Of a stretch of DNA of 64,000 nucleotides, positions 29,186 to 40,011 are shown piece by piece (position 1 is the first letter of the stretch; each line of letters starts with the position of its first letter). This DNA is from Promethearchaeota archaeon (GTDB lineage Archaea; Asgardarchaeota; Lokiarchaeia; Sigyniarchaeales; SOKP01): the NCBI GenBank assembly GCA_048938895.1, contig JBHLLU010000005.1, positions 32,001-96,000 of the forward strand, given 5' to 3'. The translations under genes and the position numbers were made by a program. The notes under the pieces are model-generated. The model was given only the letters and a program-made list of their open reading frames with translations, did no database searches and was not told the origin of the DNA.

Positions 29186-30217
29186 ATGAGTTTGCTTAAA
29201 TATATAATTAGAAGATTAATTATAATGATCCCGGTACTATTTGGAGTGTTAACTTTAACATTCATACTTTCTAGATTAATGCCAGGAGATCCTATTGCGG
29301 CACGATTAGCTGCTGCAGGAATTCATAATCCCTCGCAAGGATTATATCATCAGATGAAATGTCAGCTCGGTTTATGTGATCCAATAATAGTTCAATATTT
29401 TAGATATATGGGAGAGTTGTTTACAGGACATTGGGGTAAATCAGTGTCGATTGTAAGAAATCAACCCGTCTGGAATCTTATTATGGATAGAATGCCCTTA
29501 ACTATTGATCTTACCATATTTTCATTAACAATAGCATCCTATTTCGGAATTAAAGCAGGAGTAATTTCAGCTACTCACAGGAATAAAACACCTGATACAG
29601 TTGTAAGAGGATTTGCTTTAGTTGGAGTAGCATTACCAGTATTCTTCCTAGGCATGCTTCTTCAATACTTTCTAGGATATCAATTAAATTGGTTTGAACC
29701 GACCGGATATTTGAGTGCAAAATACCAAGATCCTGAATATACAACGGGTTTCATAATCATTGATGCATTACTATCAGGTGAGTGGTATCTAATCGGAGAC
29801 TATTTATGGCATTTAATACTTCCCGTCTTCTGTCTATCATTCATTATGCTTGCTTCAATTACACGACAAACTCGTTCAAGTATGCTGGAAGTACTAGAAC
29901 AAGATTTCGTTAGAACTGCCAGAGCAAAAGGTTGTAAAGAAAAATCAGTAATACATTCCCACGCTTTAAGAAATGCTATGATTCCGACTGTTACCATAAT
30001 AGGAATGAGTATTGCAGGATTATTGGGAGGCGCCGTTCTAACTGAAACCACATTTGGACTAACTGGGATGGGAAAATTATTTGTTGATGCAATTTTGTTA
30101 TACGATTACTGGGTGTTATCCGCATTGGTCTTTATGATTACAATATTGTTTATCTCAGCAAACTTGCTAACTGACGTAATTTATGCTGTACTTGATCCAA
30201 GAATTAGATATGGATAA
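29186..30217 (+). CDS. dppB: Peptide ABC transporter permease
   Basis: YIIRRL, PGDP, RSSMLEVLEQDFVRTARAKG and LDPRIR. Confidence 0.95.
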   Translation: MSLLKYIIRRLIIMIPVLFGVLTLTFILSRLMPGDPIAARLAAAGIHNPSQGLYHQMKCQLGLCDPIIVQYFRYMGELFTGHWGKSVSIVRNQPVWNLIMDRMPLTIDLTIFSLTIASYFGIKAGVISATHRNKTPDTVVRGFALVGVALPVFFLGMLLQYFLGYQLNWFEPTGYLSAKYQDPEYTTGFIIIDALLSGEWYLIGDYLWHLILPVFCLSFIMLASITRQTRSSMLEVLEQDFVRTARAKGCKEKSVIHSHALRNAMIPTVTIIGMSIAGLLGGAVLTETTFGLTGMGKLFVDAILLYDYWVLSALVFMITILFISANLLTDVIYAVLDPRIRYG

Positions 30218-30245
30218 AAATTACTAAAAAAGATGTGATAAAAAT

Positions 30246-31256
30246 ATGGAAAAACCTTATGTAGTTGTTGAAAAAGAAATAGGAGAGGAACTATTAGAAG
30301 AAGAAAGCCATTCAAGAAATATTATATCTTGGTTCTCTAAAAACCTTAAGTTTCTTGTACTGCCAGGGTCAAGAATAGAAGAATTAACAATCCGCGAATT
30401 TGAATATGAGAAAAATATTAGCAAAAGATCCCTCGTTAGGAGATTAAAAAATCCTTTAACAATTTTAGGCTTCTCTATAATATTTTTTATTGTGACATTA
30501 GCTATATTTGCACCTTGGATTTCACCCCAATCATTTAATTTTGCATTATTACCCCAACCAGGTTCATGGAATCCACCATCTCCCGAACACCCATTAGGAC
30601 AAACAGTAATGGGGGGAGATGTCTTTTCGAGGTTAATATGGGGTGCTAGAACTTCCCTTACAATATCCCTACCATCAATTTCTATTAGTGTTATTGGAGG
30701 TGTCGCTTTTGGAGTTATTGCCGCATATTATGGAGGGTGGGTTGATTCCCTAATTATGAGAATTTGTGATGTATTCCTTGCATTTCCTTCACTAATCCTC
30801 TCATTGGTGTTTATTGCAATATATGGACCTTATATTGAGATTATTTTAATGGTATGGGGATTTTTAGGAATTCCTATATATGCTCGATTAATCAGAGGAA
30901 ATGTATTACAAGCTCGGGAATTACCGTATATTGAAGCAGCAAGAGTTGCTGGAGCGGGGAATTGGAGAATAATGTTTCGACATATACTACCTAATGTTAT
31001 TCAACCGATTATTGTCTTCTTCACTTTCGATATAGGTGCTTACATTTTAGGTCTAGCAGGTCTGTCTTTTTTGGGCGTGAATCAATCTATATTAATTGAA
31101 TGGGGAAATGATATCAATGTGGCTAGAGAAAATCCCTATGAGGCACCATGGGCGGGATTATGGCCAGGTTTTATGATATTTCTAACAGTATTAGGTTTCA
31201 TGTTAGTTGGGGATGGTTTACGAGACGCATTGGATCCAAGATTGAAAAACTTATAA
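30246..31256 (+). CDS. dppC: Peptide ABC transporter permease
   Basis: PPSPEHPLG, GARTSL, YIEAARVAGA, RHILPN and GDGLRDALDPR. Confidence 0.95.
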   Translation: MEKPYVVVEKEIGEELLEEESHSRNIISWFSKNLKFLVLPGSRIEELTIREFEYEKNISKRSLVRRLKNPLTILGFSIIFFIVTLAIFAPWISPQSFNFALLPQPGSWNPPSPEHPLGQTVMGGDVFSRLIWGARTSLTISLPSISISVIGGVAFGVIAAYYGGWVDSLIMRICDVFLAFPSLILSLVFIAIYGPYIEIILMVWGFLGIPIYARLIRGNVLQARELPYIEAARVAGAGNWRIMFRHILPNVIQPIIVFFTFDIGAYILGLAGLSFLGVNQSILIEWGNDINVARENPYEAPWAGLWPGFMIFLTVLGFMLVGDGLRDALDPRLKNL

Positions 31257-31302
31257 TATCTTTAAATATTTTATTTTTTAACGATAGGAAATAAAAAACA
31301 CA

Positions 31303-32559
31303 ATGAACATTGCTGAAAATAATAAAAGTACTATTGGTACGGACACTAAACCTGATGCATCACAAAAATTATTAGAAGTTAAAAATCTAAAGACGTACTT
31401 CTATACAGAAGAAGGTATTGTTAAGGCAGTAGATGGCGTATCTTTCGATATTTATGAAGATGAAGTACTTGGACTTGTAGGGGAAACAGGTTGTGGTAAA
31501 TCAGTGACAGCATTATCAATTTTACAATTAGTAAGAGCTCCGGGTAAAATTATTGACGGTTCAGTAATTTTTAAAGGTAAAAACCTTTTAAAAATGAAAG
31601 AATCTGAAGTAAGAAATTTTCGTGGGAAAGATATCACAATGATATTTCAAGATCCATTAAATTCACTTAATCCTGTATTTACCGTTGGAAGGCAAATTTC
31701 TGAAGTATTCTATTTGCACCAGGAAACAGAATTAAAGAAAGAATTAGACAAACTATTATTAGAAAGAAGAACTAGATTAGAAGAAAAGAAAAATCTTGAA
31801 CAAACTATAAATGATGAAGAAATTCAATTAACTGAAGAAGAAAGAGAAGAAGTCGCTTCTAAAATAGAAGAATTAAAAGATCTTACAAGACATATCCCAA
31901 CTTTAAAAGATGTTGCTCTAAAAAGATCAGAACAAATTATTAAAGAAGTAGGGATCCCAGATGCAAAGGGGATTTTAAAAAGATATCCTCATGAATTAAG
32001 TGGTGGGATGAGGCAACGTGTTATGATTGCTATGGGTCTTTCATGTAATCCCGCGCTTTTAATCGCGGATGAACCGACAACAGCTCTAGATGTTACTATT
32101 CAAGCTCAAATCCTTGATTTAATGAAAGACTTAATTAATAAATTCAGAACATCAATTCTTATAATTACTCACGATTTAGGAATAATAGCTGAATTGTGTG
32201 ATAGGATTGCAGTTATGTATAGTGGAAATATTGTTGAATACGCTACAGCAGAGGATCTATTTAAAAATCCACGTCATCCATATACCAAAGGGCTAATTGG
32301 CGCAATACCAAGTATCGAGAAGAAGAACCAGAAACTGCAAACTATTCGAGGGATGGTCCCTAATCTTATATATCCTCCATCAGGATGCAGATTTCACCCT
32401 CGATGTGATTATAGAATGGAAATTTGTGATAAAGTAAAACCTCAATTGACAGAAATTGCTCACAGATATTTTGTTGCATGCCATCTTTTTGATCCTAAAT
32501 ACAAGGATTCACCTAAGTATGTTTGGACAAAAGAGGATGAAGTTTTATTAAAAGTATAA
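31303..32559 (+). CDS. dppD: Peptide ABC transporter ATPase with coiled-coil insertion
   Basis: GETGCGKS, YPHELSGGMRQR, IADEPTTALD and C-terminal GCRFHPRC. Confidence 0.95.
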   Translation: MNIAENNKSTIGTDTKPDASQKLLEVKNLKTYFYTEEGIVKAVDGVSFDIYEDEVLGLVGETGCGKSVTALSILQLVRAPGKIIDGSVIFKGKNLLKMKESEVRNFRGKDITMIFQDPLNSLNPVFTVGRQISEVFYLHQETELKKELDKLLLERRTRLEEKKNLEQTINDEEIQLTEEEREEVASKIEELKDLTRHIPTLKDVALKRSEQIIKEVGIPDAKGILKRYPHELSGGMRQRVMIAMGLSCNPALLIADEPTTALDVTIQAQILDLMKDLINKFRTSILIITHDLGIIAELCDRIAVMYSGNIVEYATAEDLFKNPRHPYTKGLIGAIPSIEKKNQKLQTIRGMVPNLIYPPSGCRFHPRCDYRMEICDKVKPQLTEIAHRYFVACHLFDPKYKDSPKYVWTKEDEVLLKV

Positions 32560-32580
32560 TAAATTAAGGAATTAATAAAA

Positions 32581-33837
32581 ATGACTACTCCAGAATTAAA
32601 TACTAAAGAAACTGAATGGGATAAAACTAAGCGTATAAGAAAAAGGCAGGCTATTATTCGTGTTAAAGACCTTAAGACATACTATCCAATTTTAGGAGGA
32701 TTGTTTAAACGTAAAATTGGAGAAGTAAAAGCTGTTGATGGAGTGACTTTTAATCTTTACAAAAATGAAACTTTAGGATTAGTTGGAGAAAGCGGATGCG
32801 GGAAAACTACAATTGGAAATACAGTTCTAAACCTGGTGAAAAACACTGCAGGAGAAATATATTACGGAGATAGAAGGGTTGATTTAGGAAGGATAGAAGG
32901 GTTAACAGAACGGATTCTTCGCAAATACAAAACACTTGTTCTTAATGCAATACCTAATTTGTATAAAAAAAATGCGAAAAATATCGAAAAAGTGATATCT
33001 AATAGCCCCTCATTTATAAAGAAAAGATTTCCTCAATACAAAAAACAATATCGACAGCTAGAAAAAGATTTTCTTATAGATAAGTTTTTACGTAAGAAAA
33101 TTCAAATGGTATTTCAAGATCCTGATGCTTCTCTAAATCCACGATGGAAAATTGTAAATATTATCGGTGAACCATTAAGAATATTGGAAGGTCTAAAAAA
33201 AAGAAGAAAAATTCGGAAAAGAGTCTTGGAACTATTAGAAACAGTTTCAATGAAACCAGAACATTTAGATCGATATCCTCATGAATTTTCTGGGGGTCAA
33301 AAACAAAGAATAGTTATTGCAAGGGCATTAGCAAGCAACCCTGAAGTTATAATTTTAGATGAACCAACATCAGCATTAGACGTTTCAGTACAAGCTCAAA
33401 TTCTTAATTTATTAAAAGATCTTCAGAAAGAATTTGATTTATCTTATTTATTTATTACCCATGATCTTAGTGTGGTACAACATATCGCGGATAGAATTGC
33501 TGTAATGTATTTGGGAAAATTTGTTGAAACTGGAACAGTTGATGAAGTATTTTACAACCCTACACACCCTTATACTAAAGCATTATTATCAGCAAGACCC
33601 ACATTCGATCCTAGCTCAAAAACAAACCGAATAATCCTAGAAGGTGATGTTCCTAGTCCAATTAATCCTCCTGAGGGATGCGCGTTTCATCCAAGGTGTC
33701 CGGAAAAGGAAAATCATATAGGATGTGGTCTAGAAAATCCTAGAAAGATCCATCTTGGTGGAGATCATTATATGGTTTGTCTTCCCTTTAAAGACGAAAC
33801 CAAGTCATATGAAGGTATGAAATTTATTTCAGATTAA
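32581..33837 (+). CDS. dppF: Peptide ABC transporter ATPase with basic insertion
   Basis: GESGCGKT, YPHEFSGGQKQR, LDEPTSALD and PSPINPPEGCAFHPRC. Confidence 0.95.
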   Translation: MTTPELNTKETEWDKTKRIRKRQAIIRVKDLKTYYPILGGLFKRKIGEVKAVDGVTFNLYKNETLGLVGESGCGKTTIGNTVLNLVKNTAGEIYYGDRRVDLGRIEGLTERILRKYKTLVLNAIPNLYKKNAKNIEKVISNSPSFIKKRFPQYKKQYRQLEKDFLIDKFLRKKIQMVFQDPDASLNPRWKIVNIIGEPLRILEGLKKRRKIRKRVLELLETVSMKPEHLDRYPHEFSGGQKQRIVIARALASNPEVIILDEPTSALDVSVQAQILNLLKDLQKEFDLSYLFITHDLSVVQHIADRIAVMYLGKFVETGTVDEVFYNPTHPYTKALLSARPTFDPSSKTNRIILEGDVPSPINPPEGCAFHPRCPEKENHIGCGLENPRKIHLGGDHYMVCLPFKDETKSYEGMKFISD

Positions 33838-33938
33838 ATTAATTAATTTTTTTATCTTTTTTATTATTAATTTTCATTAGATAATTATAGTTCCTAGTAT
33901 TATTTTATACATCCCGAATAATTAGACAACATATCTAA

Positions 33939-35111
33939 ATGATGTCAAATAACTCCAAAATATACGTAATAAAAACTTCACCAGAAACTGTTTTAGAAGA
34001 TTATCATAAGTTATTGTACTTAGCAGAATATCAAAAATACTTTAGTCCTCTAAATAAAATTATAGTGAAACTAAATTTAAGTTGGTCTAAATTCTTTCCC
34101 GCGTGTTCTAGTCCTCCATGGCAGTTAGAGGGAGTTATTAAAGCGATGCTTGAAGATGGTTATGATCCCAAGAGAATTTTTACTGCTGAAAACCGAACAG
34201 TTGTGACAAATATAGAAAAAGGATTGAAAGGAAATAAATGGAATCCAATTATAGAAAAATATAATGTTTGGTTTGTCCCATTGACACGCATTCCGTTTGT
34301 ATCATATGAGTCACTTAGACCTAAGTTCTTAGATCTTAAAAATAAAAAACTTCACGCTCTTGATTCAAAAATATTTCCTGATGGATTTAAAATTCCTAAA
34401 TTTTATGTAGGAAAACCAATAATTCATCTCCCAACAATGAAGACTCATGGTCATACTGGAGCAATAGGAGGGTCATTAAAAAAAACATCTGAGGAAATGA
34501 AACACGGAGGTATAACTTGTGCCATGAAGAACGCTTTTGGGGGGCTTTTGACAAAAAGAAGGCATTTTTCACACCAGTATATGTCTGAGGTCTTAGTTGA
34601 TCTTTTAATTATTCAGAAACAAATTCATCCTCAAATCTTTTCAGTGGTTGATGGAACTGTATGTGGCGACGGAGCAGGACCAAGAACAATGATCCCCCGT
34701 ATAAAAAATTACATCCTAGCAGGATATGATCAAGTTGCTGTTGATACTGTTGTAGCACGAATGTTTGGTTTTGAACCAATGGATCTCCCTGCTATCAAAC
34801 TTGCTCATGATGAGGGATTAGGATGTGGTGATTTTGATCAAATTGAAATGATCGGAGAGGATGTTTCCAAAATTAATTGGGATTTTAAAGTAAAACGCAG
34901 TGTGGTAATTTGGGGAGACCAAATGGTAAGAAAAGGGCCTTTACAATTTCTTTATCCATTATTTCGCAGTGAACTCTTCTTTTTAGGACCTACTTATGCT
35001 TCTATGATATATCATGATATGATATGGTATCCAACAATAGGGAAAAGAAGAATTAAAAATTTCTATAAAACTAAGTGGGGCAATAAATTCAGAAATTATC
35101 CAGAAAAATAA
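33939..35111 (+). CDS. DUF362 domain protein
   Basis: IVKLNL, LPTMKTHG, CAMKNAFG, DGTVCGDGAGP and DQVAVD. Confidence 0.8.
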   Translation: MMSNNSKIYVIKTSPETVLEDYHKLLYLAEYQKYFSPLNKIIVKLNLSWSKFFPACSSPPWQLEGVIKAMLEDGYDPKRIFTAENRTVVTNIEKGLKGNKWNPIIEKYNVWFVPLTRIPFVSYESLRPKFLDLKNKKLHALDSKIFPDGFKIPKFYVGKPIIHLPTMKTHGHTGAIGGSLKKTSEEMKHGGITCAMKNAFGGLLTKRRHFSHQYMSEVLVDLLIIQKQIHPQIFSVVDGTVCGDGAGPRTMIPRIKNYILAGYDQVAVDTVVARMFGFEPMDLPAIKLAHDEGLGCGDFDQIEMIGEDVSKINWDFKVKRSVVIWGDQMVRKGPLQFLYPLFRSELFFLGPTYASMIYHDMIWYPTIGKRRIKNFYKTKWGNKFRNYPEK

Positions 35112-35122
35112 GAAAATGTACT

Positions 35123-35908
35123 TTAAATTATGTCTGAAATAATTTTCATATAATCAAGATTCAATCCTGTTTCTTTTATTTTCAGATGAATTAAAAATTC
35201 AGTTGCGCCTTCTTTCCCTAATATCGGGGATTTAATTAAATTTATTGGAAAAAATTGATAATTAATAGCCCATTTAATTAGATCATCCAGAATTTGGTGA
35301 AGGTTTTGGGGATCTTGAATAAACTTTAGCTTAGATTTAGTATCCATTTCAGAATTAATTTCAAAAAAGGGTTTGATCAATGCTATTATATCTCCATTAT
35401 CCTTTATTACCTGTTTTATGAGTGGTAAAATTTTCTTTAATGATACAAATGTGATATCTATAGTAGCTACATCGACTTTTTCTTTTATATTAATTAAATT
35501 ACGCGCATCTACACCCAACATTGGAACCACTCGTCCTTGATTTTTTTCACATTGTAGTGAGGGGTGGAGTAAATCAGTAGCTTTATCAATAGCATAAACC
35601 CTTTTTGCTCCATGCTTTAAAAGGCAATCAGTAAATCCCCCGATTGAAGCACCAACATCAACGCAAATTTTTTCTTTAACATTTATAGAAAATTCTCTTA
35701 AAGCAGCTTCTAATTTTAATCCTCCTCTGCCGACATAGGGAAATTCCTTATTTAATACAATCTTGAGAGAATTATCAACTTTTTTTCCAGGTTTTAGAAT
35801 TATTTTACTATTTACTTCAACAAAACCATTAGTAATTAACCATTGAGCTTTAACTCTACTTTCAACCAACCTTCTTTCTACTAAAATAATATCTAATCTC
35901 TCTTTCAT
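35123..35908 (-). CDS. tlyA: TlyA family rRNA (cytidine-2'-O)-methyltransferase
   Basis: S4 domain (ERLDIILVER..SR.KA), YVGRGGLKL, DVGASIGGFTDCLL and LIKPFFE. Confidence 0.92.
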   Translation of the reverse strand: MKERLDIILVERRLVESRVKAQWLITNGFVEVNSKIILKPGKKVDNSLKIVLNKEFPYVGRGGLKLEAALREFSINVKEKICVDVGASIGGFTDCLLKHGAKRVYAIDKATDLLHPSLQCEKNQGRVVPMLGVDARNLINIKEKVDVATIDITFVSLKKILPLIKQVIKDNGDIIALIKPFFEINSEMDTKSKLKFIQDPQNLHQILDDLIKWAINYQFFPINLIKSPILGKEGATEFLIHLKIKETGLNLDYMKIISDII

Positions 35909-37014
35909 TTACTTATTCTCTCAATGTTATTCCTATTCAGAATTTCTTCAATTTTCATGGAAATTCTTTGGCTAAGTCTTCCAATTTGTGATTTTATAGA
36001 TGCATTTCTATTCCATTTCTTAAATATTGTCCTAAATAAAATACCTATTAAAAAGAATGCACCCATAGCAAAAAACCATATAGAAACGGGGTTCAATAGA
36101 TGATAAAAAAGAAAATATAATAAATTATGTGATAGATAGATTGTCAAAGAATAATAGGAATAATAAAAAAAGAATTTATAACTTCTCTTTGTAGTCATAA
36201 TGCCCATCCTTTCAATTTGTAAGAGAATTGAGAGTAAGACAATTTCAATTCCAAATGAATAGATTATCCATGAAAGACTTTCCCTCTTTAAAAATTCAGG
36301 AAAAAACAATAAAACTCCAGATAAGATTAGTAAAAAACCAATTATTAATAGATAGAAAAGGGTAACCTTTAATTTTTGACTAGTAGGTTCATTAATTTTT
36401 TCATAGATAATATCACCGATAACAGTACCAATGAGGAAAAATGGGAAGAAAATAAGAATTGGATCTTGATTAAGACCATTATAAAATACATGAAATAATA
36501 AACCAAAAAAATTTGATTGTCCTTGAAATGGAACTAATGTTGGAACAAGAAATAAATTTAGAGCTATAACTAAAATCGCAATAGTTATCCTAATCCACTT
36601 TAAAGTTTTTAATAACGGCCATGCTAAAAAAAGAGAGATTGCTGCAGTTAATAACACAAACCAAATCCAAATCATGCGAAGATCTTTAAAAGCTATTGCG
36701 GTTGGTATATTATAAATAAGAGCTACAATGAGAATAAAAAACGCCCGCAATAGGTAAGAATTTCTAGCCATTCGATAATTATAATTTTCTGAATTTCTAG
36801 CTCTATTTAATCGTTTTCTATATGATAATGCGATACTTACTCCAGAAACAAAAAGAAATCCTGAAGCACCAATAGAATCTACAATCATTATTCCAATTGA
36901 ATGTAACCAACTAAATTCAGGTCTTAACCACCAATCTATAATATGGGTTAAAACCATCCAAGCCATGCATAAGCCGCGAAAAATATCAATACTTTTGAGC
37001 CTTTGAACGTCCAT
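35905..37014 (-). CDS. Membrane acyltransferase, heparan-alpha-glucosaminide N-acetyltransferase (DUF1624)-like
   Basis: RLKSIDIFRGLCMAWMVLTH, FLFVSGVS and SLTIYLSH; multi-TM. Confidence 0.8.
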   Translation of the reverse strand: MDVQRLKSIDIFRGLCMAWMVLTHIIDWWLRPEFSWLHSIGIMIVDSIGASGFLFVSGVSIALSYRKRLNRARNSENYNYRMARNSYLLRAFFILIVALIYNIPTAIAFKDLRMIWIWFVLLTAAISLFLAWPLLKTLKWIRITIAILVIALNLFLVPTLVPFQGQSNFFGLLFHVFYNGLNQDPILIFFPFFLIGTVIGDIIYEKINEPTSQKLKVTLFYLLIIGFLLILSGVLLFFPEFLKRESLSWIIYSFGIEIVLLSILLQIERMGIMTTKRSYKFFFYYSYYSLTIYLSHNLLYFLFYHLLNPVSIWFFAMGAFFLIGILFRTIFKKWNRNASIKSQIGRLSQRISMKIEEILNRNNIERISK

Positions 37015-37069
37015 CCTAATAGATGATTAGTAAAATTTTATATTAAAATACCTAAGGTCTTTAAAAAAT

Positions 37070-37951
37070 TTATTCCTTTCTATTTTTTTCTAAAAATCCA
37101 TGATTAGAAACCTTGTTAACCAATTCAGAAGATTCACTTAAGGAGATCTCATTTTTTAATATTTTTTCTACAAATTCTTGAAAATTACTAAAATTTTCAA
37201 TGCTATTTCGAATATTTTTAAATTCCATAATATAATTTGAATTTTGCATTTTAGCTTTCTTATATATCTCCAAAGAATTCCTATAATCTATTTTTATCCC
37301 TTTCCTCAGAGCTAAGATTAGAGCAGATAGTTCATGTTTCGTTTTGAATTTCTTTTTTAAGTTTTGGATTTTGAGTTTTGAAGATTTAGATTCATTAATT
37401 AGAAAAATGTTTAGATAATCTCCGTTTCGAAAAAGTTCCGAAATTCTTTCAATCAACTCAATTGTCATTGTCAAGAGACCACTTCCGAATTTAAAAGTTA
37501 ATTTCAATGGATTAGGATTATCTGATTGAAAGCAATTAATATAATCCTTAACTATGGTAATAATTCCTTCTCTATCATAAAAAGTATGTGAAACAAGATA
37601 ATAATCATCCAAAAAAACAACCATTCCTATTTTTTTCGAACCAGGGTCGATAGAAAATACCAATTCAGAATAAAATTCTTTATAGCCGATTCTATAGGCT
37701 GCTAGGATTTTATTTACGTAATGATTAAAATTTTCATGTTTACCATATGCTAGTAATTTTAATTTTTTATAACTTCCTTTTAAATTACGAATATCTTCTA
37801 AAGTTGTAAGAAGTACTACACGAAGATCTGGGATTTTTGAAGTACCACTTAGAATTTTGAATTGAATATTTTTCTTTTTTAATTCCCTATTTAATTTATA
37901 AAAAAAATTAAGATCCTCGGTATATAGATATAAAATTTTTTTATTACTCAA
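37070..37951 (-). CDS. Hypothetical protein with YqgF/RNase H-like nuclease domain
   Basis: FSIDPGSKKIGMVV, INESKSS and HELSALILAL echo the YqgF motifs (D-x-G, DE-xx-ST, D-xx-AA). Confidence 0.6.
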   Translation of the reverse strand: MSNKKILYLYTEDLNFFYKLNRELKKKNIQFKILSGTSKIPDLRVVLLTTLEDIRNLKGSYKKLKLLAYGKHENFNHYVNKILAAYRIGYKEFYSELVFSIDPGSKKIGMVVFLDDYYLVSHTFYDREGIITIVKDYINCFQSDNPNPLKLTFKFGSGLLTMTIELIERISELFRNGDYLNIFLINESKSSKLKIQNLKKKFKTKHELSALILALRKGIKIDYRNSLEIYKKAKMQNSNYIMEFKNIRNSIENFSNFQEFVEKILKNEISLSESSELVNKVSNHGFLEKNRKE

Positions 37952-37995
37952 ATTATAATTATTAATATTAAGTAAAATTAATAATTTTTAATTAG

Positions 37996-38685
37996 ATGAT
38001 ATTCCCAACTTCAATATTAAATACATACTTTGAAAAGATTCCTCATTTTAACGGTATTATTTCGGTGTGGGGAGATTTTGGGGTTGGAAAAACAACATAT
38101 GCACTCCAAACTACATTTAATACAATTGGAAATGAAACCAAGTCGATTTACATTTATACCAAACCTAGTTTCCCCTATTATAAAATTAGCAATATTATTA
38201 AAACATCAAAAAAGGATCTAGATTCTATTAGTTTCATAACCCTTGGAGAATTTAATGAATTACATAGCTTAGTTTTCAATCTAGAGTTTTTAATTTTAAA
38301 CAATTTAAAAAGAAGGGCAATTCCTTATAAATTAATAGTTATTGATTCCTTAACCGATCTCTATAGGCTAGCATTGAATCGTGAGAAGAAAGATAAAAAC
38401 TATAATCTTAATTATAATCTAAATCAAATTTTAGCAAATCTTCATTATTTAAATGAAACTTACAACGTCGAAATCTTAGTAATTAATGAAAAAGTTCAAT
38501 CAAGAATAAATGATACAATTGTCGAACTCCAGAGTGGTGGAAAAGTAATGGACTACTGGGTCTCATTAGATATAAAAATTGAACGAACGGGAGTCTTGAA
38601 AGAGAGGAAATTTGCTCTCACAAATCATATAAATAATGATACTTTTGAATTTCTGTCTAATATGACTGAAAAGGGATTTCAATAA
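37996..38685 (+). CDS. RadB-like RecA/Rad51 family paralogue
   Basis: Walker A GDFGVGKT, Walker B LIVIDSL and ILVINE; no N-terminal domain. Confidence 0.8.
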   Translation: MIFPTSILNTYFEKIPHFNGIISVWGDFGVGKTTYALQTTFNTIGNETKSIYIYTKPSFPYYKISNIIKTSKKDLDSISFITLGEFNELHSLVFNLEFLILNNLKRRAIPYKLIVIDSLTDLYRLALNREKKDKNYNLNYNLNQILANLHYLNETYNVEILVINEKVQSRINDTIVELQSGGKVMDYWVSLDIKIERTGVLKERKFALTNHINNDTFEFLSNMTEKGFQ

Positions 38686-38775
38686 TAATAGCAAAAAAGT
38701 ATAGCAAAAAAATATCAGATTTAAATCAATCTTTATAGTATTATTTAATAGATGGATAAAATATGAGGAAAATTA

Positions 38776-40005
38776 ATGAATTTTGATTTAACAACAATTC
38801 AGGAAGGAGGATTAAAGTTCTTAATCAATTCTGTTGATAAAGACTCAATTCCTTCAAAATCTATGGGAGTATTTTATAATCGGAAAATGGAAATTAATAG
38901 AGATATTACTAGTTTAGCAATTAATGCATATAACAAAACTATAAACCAAGATCCTCTTATAATAGTAGATTCTATGGCGGCATCAGGAATAAGTTCTATA
39001 AGAATACTGAAAGAATGTAATAACATTAAGAAAATGTATATTAATGACATTAATCCCTACGCAGTTGAACTTATTCACAAAAATTTATTATTAAACGAAT
39101 TAAATAATCACCCTGCTGAAATAGAGGTATCCAGAAAGGATTCAAATTTCTTATTTTCTGAAATTGGACAAAATATTCTTAATTGCACTAAGTACGATTT
39201 ACAAAAGCCAAATATAATCTCAATAGATCCATTTGGCACTCCTAATCTATACTTAGATGCTGCTTTTAAAGCAATACAAAGAGTAAACGGCTTATTATGT
39301 ATTACTGCTACTGATACAGCAGTACTTTTTGGAGTAAGACCATTAAGCTGTATTCGCAAGTATATGTCAAAACCCTTACATACAGAGTATTGTAAAGAAA
39401 TAGGTGCACGCATCTTATTATACTTTATCTCAAGAATTGCGAATATAAATAACCTGGGGATTATTCCTCTCCTTACATTTTATTCTTCACATTTTATTCG
39501 AGTCTATTGTCTAACTTTTAAAAATAGAAAAAGAATTGCTGAATTTTTTAAAGATTACAGGTATTTTTTACATTGCAATTACTGTGGATATCGCACAATT
39601 CTTTCGGATAATAATATTGAATTATCTAGAAATTGCCCAATTTGTGAAAAAAGTGGTGGTATCAACTATGCGGGGCCTATCTGGAATAATGAACTCCATA
39701 ATGATGATTTTCTCAAAAAAATGATTGAAATAAATAGTCAATATCATTATAATAACAAGAATCGAATTCATAAGTTATTACACATCATTAAAGGAGAAAT
39801 AGGTAAACCTCCATTCTATTATAATATTCATAAATTAAGTAAAGTATTAAAAATCTCAAATACTCCGAAGTTAGATGATATAATTACCCGCATTAAAGAA
39901 AAGGGTTATAGAGTTTCAAGGACTCATTTTGATTTCATATCAATTAAAACCAATATTGATATAATTTCGATTAAAAATATATTATTACAATTAGGAAAGA
40001 ATTAG
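38776..40005 (+). CDS. trm1: tRNA (guanine26-N2)-dimethyltransferase
   Basis: VFYNRKMEINRD, MAASG, IDPFGTP, LCITATD, Zn ribbon, GPIW and SRTHF. Confidence 0.95.
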   Translation: MNFDLTTIQEGGLKFLINSVDKDSIPSKSMGVFYNRKMEINRDITSLAINAYNKTINQDPLIIVDSMAASGISSIRILKECNNIKKMYINDINPYAVELIHKNLLLNELNNHPAEIEVSRKDSNFLFSEIGQNILNCTKYDLQKPNIISIDPFGTPNLYLDAAFKAIQRVNGLLCITATDTAVLFGVRPLSCIRKYMSKPLHTEYCKEIGARILLYFISRIANINNLGIIPLLTFYSSHFIRVYCLTFKNRKRIAEFFKDYRYFLHCNYCGYRTILSDNNIELSRNCPICEKSGGINYAGPIWNNELHNDDFLKKMIEINSQYHYNNKNRIHKLLHIIKGEIGKPPFYYNIHKLSKVLKISNTPKLDDIITRIKEKGYRVSRTHFDFISIKTNIDIISIKNILLQLGKN

Positions 40006-40011
40006 AGTGAA

